DNA of 64,000 bases from Leptogorgia sarmentosa (Eukaryota): positions 4,526,001 to 4,590,000 of the forward strand of contig OZ210885.1 of NCBI GenBank assembly GCA_964658305.1. Reading direction: 5' to 3'. The notes under the pieces were generated by a model that searched no databases, was not told where the DNA came from, and saw only the letters and a program-made list of their open reading frames with translations. The position numbers and the translations under genes were made by a program. Within the stretch, counting starts at the first letter, position 1; each line of letters starts with the position of its first letter. Positions 26,914-37,413 of the stretch are shown here, piece by piece.

Positions 26914-26991
26914 TCCTTCGAGCTGGCTTCGAACCAACGACTTAGGGAATACATCTACATTCCCTCGCTCTACCAATTGAGCTACCAAAGG
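26914..26991 (-). tRNA. Variant tRNA-Tyr(GTA) with an enlarged anticodon loop (possible ~5-nt intron); may be a pseudogene
   Basis: CCTTTGGTAGCTCAATTGGTAGAGCG-AGGGA-ATGTAGATGTAT-TCCCT-AAGTC-GTTGG-TTCGAAG-CCAGC-TCGAAGGA. All four stems pair, A and B boxes are present, and TTTTT follows. Confidence 0.65.
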
Positions 26992-27045
26992 ATCAGATAA
27001 TAAGTTATAAACTTTGTTGCCTATTATAATACCCACATTATTGAA

Positions 27046-27129
27046 TGCCGTGACCAGGAATCGAACCTGGGTTATTGCGGCCACAACGCAATCAATGTAA
27101 CAACCACTATACTATTATAAGTACATGGC
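27046..27129 (-). tRNA. tRNA-His(GTG)-derived sequence, probably a pseudogene
   Basis: Intact anticodon arm TTGCG-TTGTGGC-CGCAA, T arm CCAGG-TTCGATT-CCTGG and 3' TCACGGCA. The 5' acceptor strand and D arm are disrupted. Confidence 0.6.
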
Positions 27130-28807
27130 TTTTCGGGAGATTAGTGATTAAATGGTCCCGTAACCCGAGGTAGGTTTGTGGAATTCCCGAAGCGAAGCGC
27201 AAGGTCATTAAAACAGCGTACGTACACCAAACGAAGCCACGCTTCAGCATTGTTACACTTCCCGAAGGGCAAGTGTCATAAATCAGCAGTTTTCTGTCGT
27301 TTTCCTCGTCGAGAAATGGAGTTTCCATCAGCGCATCGCAGGCTCAGGCTATGAAATCATGTGCATCTATGGATGTCTATGGATAACATATGTTTTTCGC
27401 AGTTATGTGCATCTGTGGATAGCAGATGTTTCTTTCTGTTAACTATGGGATAGCTTGGGATATCATCGCATGCATGTCGTCATTTTTTAGGGAAGTGTAA
27501 ACGCCTGAGCAGGCGTCTTGTTTAAAATAAAATACCGTGCGTACACCTATGAATGGCATCTATATTTGAACTGTGTGAGTTTCGCGTGCGTTCACCCTAG
27601 CTCATTAAAAACCCATTATGCATTGCAAGAATAGCGTATATTAGCGTGCAAATATAGACGGGTGCAATCAGTTACACTCAACGCTCTAACTCGTCTTCAC
27701 TAATTACTTTAATAATGACGCATCTTTTCAATCAAATACTCCGACGACATTCAAAACCTGAAACACTTCAGCGGAAAACAACTACTAGAAGCAATCACAA
27801 GTGAATACGGCGTAAAAAGTAATGGAAAGAGAGATACGGGATGACACCAATCGGTTGATGGACAGGCAAAACCTATGGCTGCTGATCAACGAAGCATTCA
27901 AACTATTGAATTTTAAAAAGACATCAGAGGAACATCGAATAATATATGAACAGACATTCAATTCACCAAGGTTAAAGCCACAGACCATCCATTCCAATAT
28001 TGACAAAACAGTAACCTTTAGTTAAAAACTTAATAGATTATCTAACATGTATCTGTAAACCAAAATACTCTATATGACATGTAAAAACGATATAAATTTT
28101 ATTACTGTTCACAAATAAAAATTTTTAACTTTTAACATACGTTTTTGCTTATCAATTTTCAAAACCATTGCTCGAAATTTCATATGAAAAATGTGTAACT
28201 TTTAACATATGTTTTCGCCTATTAATTCTCAGTATCACTGCTAAAAATTTCATATGTTTTCAAAACCCTATTGTGGACACCCGCTTCATTAAAATACACT
28301 ACCTTTCTCCAACGCCAACTCCTATTTGAATACTAATTACTCGCCGTTTTTGCAACATTAACATACGTATTATCCGTATTAACGTATTTACATACACTAT
28401 CTGCCTGCATACTAATACTTCTGCCGCTAACATTTTGCATACTAATTACTTCCGCGGTTACGCCGCCAGATGTACGGGGTAATACTACTTAGAATCTTGG
28501 CAATAAACATCAATCTTGTCTCATTTGGAAGAACGCTCGATAGAACAATGATAATATTAGATTATTAATACCCTGTAAATGACTTCAATACATCGCCGCA
28601 GAAGAGAGATAACTATTTCGAAATGAAAATTTTCATTCGATGCAAAATTGGTGTTACGTCGTAATAGGTGTAATTAAATGTATCTTCAAGCATTGGCCAG
28701 AACCCTGCTGTTTGGCATATATCGTGCAATTTATTTTACAACGATTATTGTAAATTGTTTGTTCAAATTCATTTTGTCTTTATATTTTTTCCAAGGTATA
28801 TACAACC

Positions 28808-29782
28808 ATGGCAAATAACTCGTCGCATTTCTCCACAATACCAAGTGAAATTCTCATTTCGTCCATTGTATTTAAATTCTTCGCAATGATTATTGGAGTT
28901 TTGGGAAATATCACAGTTATAATTTATACAATTTTTACGAGCAAAGAAAAGACAGCGACATCTTACTTGGCTGGAAACCTGGCACTGGCAGATCTTCTCG
29001 TGTGTTTAACATTTTATCCAATATGGATCGTTGAATTTATACAGACTGTATTAAACATCGAAAGTGATCAGGACTTGTTTTGTAAGTTAAGTCGTTCAAC
29101 CATCTGGGCATTACTGTTCGCTTCAGTAGCCACACTTCTCGCAATTACTGTTGATCGATGTTTCTATATAGTAAAACCTCTCAAATATCCGCTGATTGTA
29201 ACGGAACGACTAGTTTTAGTGGCTATATCGGTTATATGGTTAACTGCCTGTTGTATTTTTGTTGTTTTACTTGTTTATTACCGGAGATTTAACGAAACAT
29301 CAAGAAGTCTGTGTTACGTAGATCCTGATGTGCTGTCCTTCACGACAACTCTTGCCGCCTATGTTCCACTTACTTTGATAATAATTCTTAATGTTTGGAT
29401 TTTAATCGTTGCGAAGAAACATCGAAAACGTATCTTGGCTGAAAAGGCCGTCGCCTCTACCATTTGCAACGGAAAATCAGCAAACAAGACGAGTGCTTTG
29501 AATCGATTACTTCACGCCCTCAAAACAGTCAAGACATTTTTTATTGTTGTTGCAATGTTGGCTTTTTGCGTTTTGACACCTACAGTGGTTGGGAACATGC
29601 TAATTGGATCTTCATGTAGTGAGGCGTGCCTCCAGCTGTGGTTTGTAGTTTTTCATTATGAATTTTATGGACTAAACTCCATTGTGAATGCGTTCATCTA
29701 TGGAATGAGACATATCAAGTACAGAAAAGCTTATGAACATATTCTTTTTAAAGTACTTCGGTGTAACAAACTCGCTAACTAA
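28808..29782 (+). CDS. Intronless rhodopsin-class (class A) GPCR, copy 1, 324 aa
   Basis: Seven hydrophobic segments; GN (TM1), NLALAD (TM2), C at the start of TM3, DRC in place of DRY, NAFIY in place of NPxxY. Confidence 0.93.
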   Translation: MANNSSHFSTIPSEILISSIVFKFFAMIIGVLGNITVIIYTIFTSKEKTATSYLAGNLALADLLVCLTFYPIWIVEFIQTVLNIESDQDLFCKLSRSTIWALLFASVATLLAITVDRCFYIVKPLKYPLIVTERLVLVAISVIWLTACCIFVVLLVYYRRFNETSRSLCYVDPDVLSFTTTLAAYVPLTLIIILNVWILIVAKKHRKRILAEKAVASTICNGKSANKTSALNRLLHALKTVKTFFIVVAMLAFCVLTPTVVGNMLIGSSCSEACLQLWFVVFHYEFYGLNSIVNAFIYGMRHIKYRKAYEHILFKVLRCNKLAN

Positions 29783-30960
29783 AACGAAACTTGGAAATTA
29801 ATCGAAGATCTTGCAAGACGGGGAACGATTTTTTTCGCAAACAAATGAATATTTAATGAACTCAAAAAACGTCAGGATTGCTGTGAACAAATAAGTGAAT
29901 AGCCAGATGGGTTTATTAAAATTGTGTCTTGCAGTATATAGTGAAAATATCTTCATATTAAAGAGTAAATGGAAATGTTATAAAACTCGTTTACACAATA
30001 GAATTATGGCTGTTTTTTTAGCTTGTAAATATATGAGGTCACGTAAATGTATTTTGAGAGTCTTTGCATATGTATTAAATTGTTTTCCAACACAGTTCAG
30101 CGCAGCAGTGCATCCTGGGATGTAGCAAAAAACTTGGAGCTCGTGAGGTTAGATTAATTCATTATTGGTGGAATTGGGCGAGATATCAAAAAAGGGATTA
30201 ATTTTCTTACAGATATTCTTTTAATCCGATCATAAGGGGGTGTACATAATATTGTATGTAATGCTGTTTCACTGTACTTATTTCACAGCCTTACAGGGGC
30301 GAAATAAGAATTAAGCTAAGAGTGAATATTCGTATATTCGTATTCTGCTCTTTTGGAATAAACCTAAAAACAAGTGATTTTAAAAGAAATTCGAGCAGAA
30401 CATGAGCATATACTCCACCCCGCCCTTAACAAGCTTTCTAGTTTGCCCTTATATAGAGGGTCCTGAAGGGGGTTTCTATTCCCATTCCTAGCTTCCTCTT
30501 TTGCAAATCCCATCGTCTCAGTGGCTGTCCTTCTCAAATCTTAATCCCATTCCCATTTTCGATTGTTTTCTTGCTGGTGAATCTCAATCCCAGTGCATGA
30601 AATCTTGTTTTCCCAGCCGAAAATAAGCAAATTCCAGTTCCCATTTTACCCCTTTAGGACCCTCGTTATAGGTGTATCCTATATATCATCCAATCATTCC
30701 ATCAATATCTTTAGGAATGGAATAATAGAATTATTCGGAGAATACAGATTTATATTTGTGAGTAATATTCGACCTGTTAACCACATTTGAACCAAGGAGT
30801 AATTCTGCAGAAACACATTCGTTAGTTTAAATTCGGTTAAGAATAATAGATTTTTCTCACGTGACATAATATATCCGCAAACAAATTAGTGGGATTGCGG
30901 GATATGACAGAAAATTTAGCGGGATATCGGGATTTGTGAGTCTGGTATAGGCGCTCTTCA

Positions 30961-31002
30961 ACCTTCTGGGATTTTCTGTTCGCTTCAGTAGCTACACTTC
31001 TC
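30961..31002 (+). pseudogene. 42-bp relic of a GPCR TM3, between two copies of a ~135 bp local duplication (~30700-30838 and ~31003-31140)
   Basis: accttctgggattttctgttcgcttcagtagctacacttctc is nearly identical to 36727-36768. Confidence 0.65.
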
Positions 31003-31579
31003 AATCAATATCTATCGGAATGGAATAATAGAATTATTCAGAGAATACAGATTTATATTTGTGAGTAATATTCGACCTTTTAACCACATTTGAATCAAGG
31101 AGTAATTTTGGAGAAATACATTCGTTAGTTTAAATTCGGTTTGAAATGATCACCTCACAACGTCATCTTTTGATTCCAAATCTCAATTTCGGGCCTCAAG
31201 ACACATTACGATATTTCAACAGCAGAATAATTCTTATATTTGACAGTTCTCATCGGCAGAAGCTCGGAGCTCAAGAACAGAAAATATCATACATATTTCC
31301 TGCGAAAACTTGATTTTGAGGAAATATCTCAACTTAATAATAATCTCTATTTTATATCTCGTCCCAAGCCTCCCTGTGTCTCCTTTACGTTAAAATTAAA
31401 TATGGTTAAATTAAATATTCAGCTGCATGTGTAAGCGCAGCTGAGAGACATATTTTTATATTAGTGTCGGTTGCTCTCAATGATAATGAAGTAGTCTTTA
31501 GAAACCCGGATTATATCTAGTAATATTATTATCTGTATTTATGACAATATTGCTCGCATTATAATTATGGTATTCACTG

Positions 31580-32224
31580 CAGGGGCGCATACAGGACGGG
31601 GGGGGGGGGGTGGTGTGTGAATAGGGTGACATTTCTCCTCCCCCTTTTCCTGCCTCAACTATCAACCATGCAGTGCAGGAAAAAACAGCGACATATCTAT
31701 ATGTAGTTTATAGTCACTCCTCCATCTCTTTTGGCTTTGCAACAACTCTTTGGAAAGTCATCGCATTGATCTGCTTAATTGCTGTGGTCAGGCGTATGAC
31801 ACAACTGCATGTATCAGTTCAGATTTGCCACAAAGGCAGAAAGATCGTTTTCCTGCAATGACCACTAAACGACTCTCAGACTTGCAATACATGGCTACGC
31901 ACGTCCAATCACCGACCAGCAAATTCTTGACCGGACCTATAGTAGCTAGTACGCTTACATTACCTTTCTAGTTAATAGATTCTTCTTAATAAACTTGAAG
32001 AAGCATATTGGTATTTAATTTACTATAAGCTAAAGTAATTTTTTTTCTATCTCATGATACAATGATTGTTGTCTCTTGTGTGTAAAATGTTTAGAAATTA
32101 TAATGGAGCATTGCAACTAAGTTTATTGATGATCAGGAGGGTTAGTTTGCCAAGTGTTCAAGATTTTAAAATTTATACAGTCTAAAATTTCACCCCCCCT
32201 TTCCATCCTGTATCCGTGCCCCTG
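31580..32224 (+). mobile_element. Non-autonomous hAT-like element with a 5-bp TSD; 5'-truncated copy at ~39140-39732
   Basis: Ends CAGGGGCGCATACAGGA / TCCTGTATCCGTGCCCCTG, TSD CACTG. The internal remnant IDLLNCCGQAYDTTA resembles the hAT GQxYD motif. Confidence 0.75.
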
Positions 32225-32457
32225 CACTGAATACTAGAGTTGAACGAAATATTATATTAATCTCTAACCAAATATCAAAACTTCATCATCAACAATCATC
32301 ATCTTGCTTGTATGTGCGTCTCAAGTAGTTAATGACCGTTATGTAAACTCAATATACAACACATTATTTTGTGTTTACCATTCTCCTCCTTCTTGTCAGA
32401 CGCTCAGTTGTGTATTAAAAACTTTGAAAGATTCCCTTCCGTAAATTGTATACAACC

Positions 32458-33399
32458 ATGGCAAATAATTCGTCGTATTTATCCGTAGTACAAAGCGAAA
32501 TTCTCATTTCATCCATCGTTTTTAAATTCTTCGCAATGGTTATTGGAGTTTTGGGAAATATCACAGTTATAATTTACACAATTTTCACGAGCAAAGAAAA
32601 GACAGCGACATCTTACTTGGTTGGAAACCTGGCACTGGCAGATCTTCTCGTGTGTTTAACATTTTATCCAATATGGACGATTGAATTTATACAGACTTTA
32701 TTAAACATCGATAGTGATCAGGACTTATTTTGTAAGTTGAGTCGCTCAACCATCAGCGCATTGCAGTTCGCTTCAATAGCCACACTTCTCGCAATTACTG
32801 TTGATCGATGTTTCTTTATTGTAAAACCTCTCAAGTATCCGCTGATTGTGACCAAACGACGAGTCTTTGTGGCTATGTTGGGTATCTGGTTAACTGCCTG
32901 TTGTCTTTTTGTTGTTTTACTGGGGTTTCTCAGAAGCTTTAACGAAACATCAAGAAGTCTTTGTTATCTGGGTTACTTCAGCGATGATCTGATTATCATC
33001 AACCTTACATTTTTTGTTTATTTCCCCGTGACTTTAACAGTAATTCTTAATGTTTGGATTTTAATCGTTGCGGAGAAACAACGAAAACGTATTTTGGCTG
33101 AAACAGCAAACAACAGGAGGGATGCAAATCGATTTTTTCACGCTCTTAAAGCAGTCAAAACATTTTCTACTGTTGTTGCAATTTTAACTTGCTGTGTTTT
33201 AATACCGACAGTTGTTGGGACGGTGCTATATAAAATATCTTCATGTAGTGCTTCATGCAAGCAGTTGTGGTTCGCAGTGTTTATTTATGAATTTTATGGA
33301 ATAAACTCAATCGTGAATGCTTTCATCTATGGAATGAGACACATCAAATACCGAAAGGCCTTTGGACATATTCTTTCAGAACTATTTTGCTGTATTTAA
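32458..33399 (+). CDS. Class A GPCR, copy 2
   Basis: Paralog of copy 1, ATG in ACAACCATGG context, short ICL3. Confidence 0.93.
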   Translation: MANNSSYLSVVQSEILISSIVFKFFAMVIGVLGNITVIIYTIFTSKEKTATSYLVGNLALADLLVCLTFYPIWTIEFIQTLLNIDSDQDLFCKLSRSTISALQFASIATLLAITVDRCFFIVKPLKYPLIVTKRRVFVAMLGIWLTACCLFVVLLGFLRSFNETSRSLCYLGYFSDDLIIINLTFFVYFPVTLTVILNVWILIVAEKQRKRILAETANNRRDANRFFHALKAVKTFSTVVAILTCCVLIPTVVGTVLYKISSCSASCKQLWFAVFIYEFYGINSIVNAFIYGMRHIKYRKAFGHILSELFCCI

Positions 33400-34089
33400 G
33401 GTTAGATCCGTTTTCCAGATACTATAGGCACTTATTTTCCAGATGCTATAAGAATCAGCAAAATAAAGCACTGATAAAGAAATGTAGATATTGTATGTTC
33501 TTCAGTAATGGGGAAACTGGGGAACTTAAATTATACTCAAGATCTAGAACGGGACCAATTCGAGGACGCGCTTCCAAACAAAGAAACAATCGCATCGCTT
33601 AGCTGAACCTAGCCGTCTGTAACTGTATCTTTAAACGAAATTCCAATATTTATTAAACCATGAAAAGGTTAGCGCTCATTTTGAAGCTGAAATTTAGACC
33701 GCGTCGTCAAAGTGGTCCCGTTACAAATCATGAGAACATTAATAGTGGACAAAGACGCTTCTAAGCAATATTTGAAACTTAGGCTTAAAGATTTAAACTT
33801 CACAAACGGACTATAGGGAATTGATGTAACTTTTAAAGTAAGATATATGAGTTGTCTTATTGGTTACTGGAGTTCTTAGTTATTGTATATTATTATATTG
33901 TTGGTATTTGTAGTTATCCGTTTAGGAATATTTCCTTATCATGTATAGAAACTGTTAGCATGTTTACCGTATTTTACTGTTAGTAGAATAAACAAATCAT
34001 TCGTGAAAAACAATGATTGAAGCTGTGGTCTCCAGCATGTCTGGTTTAAAGATATTACCTACAATGGAATACCCCGGCAAAGGCCAGCA

Positions 34090-34530
34090 TTTGCTAATGA
34101 CCGTGCGGCGTGCATAATTTGAACAATTGTTTGATATTTTAAAATTTAATGTTTATCGTACAAAACGTGACGCTATTAGGGGCAAGCTGATTTGTTGCCA
34201 AGGTGAAACTTCTTGAACAAACGAGAGAGCGAGGTTAGTTGTTTTTAATCGAATATTATGTACCAACGAAACCGTAGATGGAATCAACAGTGAAATCAAC
34301 AATGTTTTCGAATGACGATCGTCATAGTCAAGTTTTAAAAGCGCACATATATTATCATATTTAAATAGTCGCACGCAAACAAACTCTCTCTTATTTGCTC
34401 AAGAAGTTTCACCTTGACAACAAATGAGTTTGCCCATAGTAACGTAAAGTTTTGCTAATAAACATTAAGTTCTAAAACATGAAACAATTGTTGAAACTAT
34501 ATGCACGTTGCACGGTCATTTGCAAATGGC
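34090..34530. mobile_element. MITE with long imperfect TIRs; duplicated at ~41760-42200
   Basis: atttgctaatgaccgtgcggcgtgcata / tatgcacgttgcacggtcatttgcaaat plus inner inverted repeats. Confidence 0.6.
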
Positions 34531-36426
34531 GGTATTCTCTGTATTTTTCATTTGAGGAATTAGTGTGGAAAGTCGCAAGGACCTTTCCTCCAAACGTCTA
34601 ATCTTACTGTATCGTTTAGGTAGTGAGTAAAACTTTTTGCTGCTTTCGTATCGTGGTAATTTTTAGTGTTCAATTTCAACGTTTTCCCTTTGGTGATTGA
34701 ACAGTTGGTGAGAATTTAATACAAAAACAAACTGATGGGAAGGAGCAAGGGCGAAAGTAGAGCCTTAATTGGGGGGGGGGGGGGGGGTTGGTTGGTTGTA
34801 TGTTCATATATTCCTGTTCTGCCTGACGGATTTCTTAGAATGCCGTTAGTTTGTAGGGTTTCAAAATTTTTTAGTCACCGCCGCCAGTCTGTGTTGCATT
34901 CAACGTTTCCGCCTTGAATTTTAAAATTGACTTGAAGTATCTAGATGAAATGAATAGACCTTAGAAGTGCTTACGTCATACGGTTTTTCCACGCATACAA
35001 TTAAACAGGAAAAGTTGAAATTATGCCCACATGTTTCCCACACTGCATTGCGATTCGTTGTTTTGACACTGACGTGATGTAACACTTCAAAGGTCGATTT
35101 ACAACAGTATTACGAACAGCAATGTTTAAATATTTATCCGGTAAAGAATATAATCGCGACAACATTGCCTTTTGTTTGATTCAAAGTTTTCTCTACCAGG
35201 CCAAATACACGATCATTATGGTATTTCAACAACAAAGCAATTTTCATGTTTGACAGTGTTTGTTAGTAGAAGCCCAAAACTCAAGAACAGGCAGGTGTCC
35301 GATCTTTTAGAGCGAAAACTTAAATTTGAAACTTAAAACTTCATATTCGGAGGTTTCTTGAAATAAAAATTTTAATAATGAGACATGTAATGTATTTGTT
35401 CTGAATTTCTGCGAGGAAAATGTTTGCGCGGGCAAAAGGGACCGAATAAACCAACATTGCGTGGGCTGAAAGGCATGGCAAGGACAATCCATTTTTTTTT
35501 TGTTTTAAATTCTGTTCAAATGTCTTTTCAGTAGGGGGTCATACCTAGCAACCTTCACGTCTGCTGGACAATGCCTAATGAAACTTTTTTCGAACACCTT
35601 ATTTGTCTGAAAAACTATCAGAATTTAGGAGACTTATTTTACTATATGTCTAACAGGAAAATAAAGTTAGAATCGTGAACGTGATGCACCTGTGTTCGAG
35701 AGCTGAGCACTTAAAATAAAAATATGTACAAGGAAATTTTCAAGTAATGTTATAATCAAAAGCAGAATGAAGTCAACCGTAACTTGCTTGTTATTTTGTT
35801 AAATATTTAATTCATACACAAAGAAATCTCACTATAAAAATCGGGAAACCCTTGTCCGTCCCAGCTTATTCGCGCTATTTCATATTAAGAAGTTTTTGTT
35901 TTTCATACATATCGTGTTTAAAGTTGTTTGGAGGTGCTTCTGAACGAGCACCGCACTTGTCATGTACATAAACTGCTGTAAGTGTGTTTCAAAATAGATA
36001 GTTTTTGTCATTTTTATGAATAAAAGTATTTTTTAAAGTGCACTCCGAATGAACTCCACCCCCAAGGAAGCGTCGCATCTGTCACGCTGAAACTTTAACG
36101 AGCGCCATACGGTGCTAAAACGAGTAAATATGGCAGTTAATAAAAAAATTTAATAACTCTTAGTTTCATGTACAAATAATCCCTTTAACATTGTGATATT
36201 GGTCACTACATAGTACCTAGTTTCCAAGGAGATGTTAGCTATATGCCAATCCTTTACTGAACAATAAGAATCATCCATCACTTTGGCACATAATTAATGA
36301 ACGTTATGTACACTCATTATACAACCCATTTATTCTCTTTTTGTCCTTCTAGCCTTTCTTATAACAGATGTCTTGTTGTGTGTTAGGCTTAAATTTCTAT
36401 TAGGCTTAAATTTCTCTTTCAAAAAT

Positions 36427-37413
36427 ATGACAAATATGACAAATAACTCGTTGCAATACTCTACAGTACAAAGTGAAATTCTTATTTCGTCAATCGTGTT
36501 CAAATTTTTCGCAATGACTATTGGAGTTTTGGGAAATATCACAGTTATAATTTATACAATTTTCACGAGCAAAGAAAAGACAGCGACATCTTACTTGGTT
36601 GGAAACCTGGCACTGGCAGATCTTCTCGTGTGCTTAACATTTTATCCAATATGGACGATTGAATTTATACAGACTATATTAAACATCAATAGTGATCAAG
36701 ACTTATTTTGTAAGTTGAGTCGTTCAACCTTCTGGGCTTTTCTGTTCGCTTCAGTGGCCACACTTCTCGCAATTACTGTTGATCGATGTTTCTATATTGT
36801 CAAACCTCTCAAATATCCGTTGATTGTGACCAAACGACGAGTTTTTGTAGCTATATCAGGTATTTGGTTAACTGCCTGTTGTCCTTTTGTTGTTTCATTT
36901 ATTTATTTCCGGGAAGCTGAAAAACGATTCAGAGGTTTGTGCGACATAAATGGTCCCATTTCGTATTTCAAGAAATCGTTTGCTGTTTATTTTCTTGTGA
37001 CTATAATAGTAATTCTCAATGTTTGGATTTTAATCGTTGCGCAGAAACAACGAAAACGTATCTTGGCTGAAACCGCTGTGACATTTACCACCTGCGAAGG
37101 AGAAGAAGAAAACAAAACGAGTGATATCATTCGATTTTTTCACGCTCTTAAGGCAGTTAAAACATTTTCTATTGTTGTTGCAGTGTTGGCTTTCTGTGTT
37201 TTAACACCAACAGTTGTTGCGAAGGTGCTATATGAAATATCTTCATGTAGTGCTTCATGCCAGCAGTTGTGGTTCGTAGTTTTTCAATACGAATTCTTTG
37301 GAATAAATTCAATTGTGAATTCCTTCATCTATGGATTGAGACATATCAAATACAGAAAGAATTATAAATATATTCTTTTTAAAGTACGTCCCTGTAACCA
37401 ATGTAGCAACTAA
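36427..37413 (+). CDS. Class A GPCR, copy 3
   Basis: Paralog; first in-frame ATG at 36427 (alternative 36436); NSFIY in TM7. Confidence 0.93.
   Translation: MTNMTNNSLQYSTVQSEILISSIVFKFFAMTIGVLGNITVIIYTIFTSKEKTATSYLVGNLALADLLVCLTFYPIWTIEFIQTILNINSDQDLFCKLSRSTFWAFLFASVATLLAITVDRCFYIVKPLKYPLIVTKRRVFVAISGIWLTACCPFVVSFIYFREAEKRFRGLCDINGPISYFKKSFAVYFLVTIIVILNVWILIVAQKQRKRILAETAVTFTTCEGEEENKTSDIIRFFHALKAVKTFSIVVAVLAFCVLTPTVVAKVLYEISSCSASCQQLWFVVFQYEFFGINSIVNSFIYGLRHIKYRKNYKYILFKVRPCNQCSN

Noticed and set aside
36373..36426. N-terminal extensions of GPCR ORFs from TTG starts (also 32446, 39933, 44142)
   Set aside because: Artefact of the ORF caller's alternative starts; the paralogs align from the ATG.
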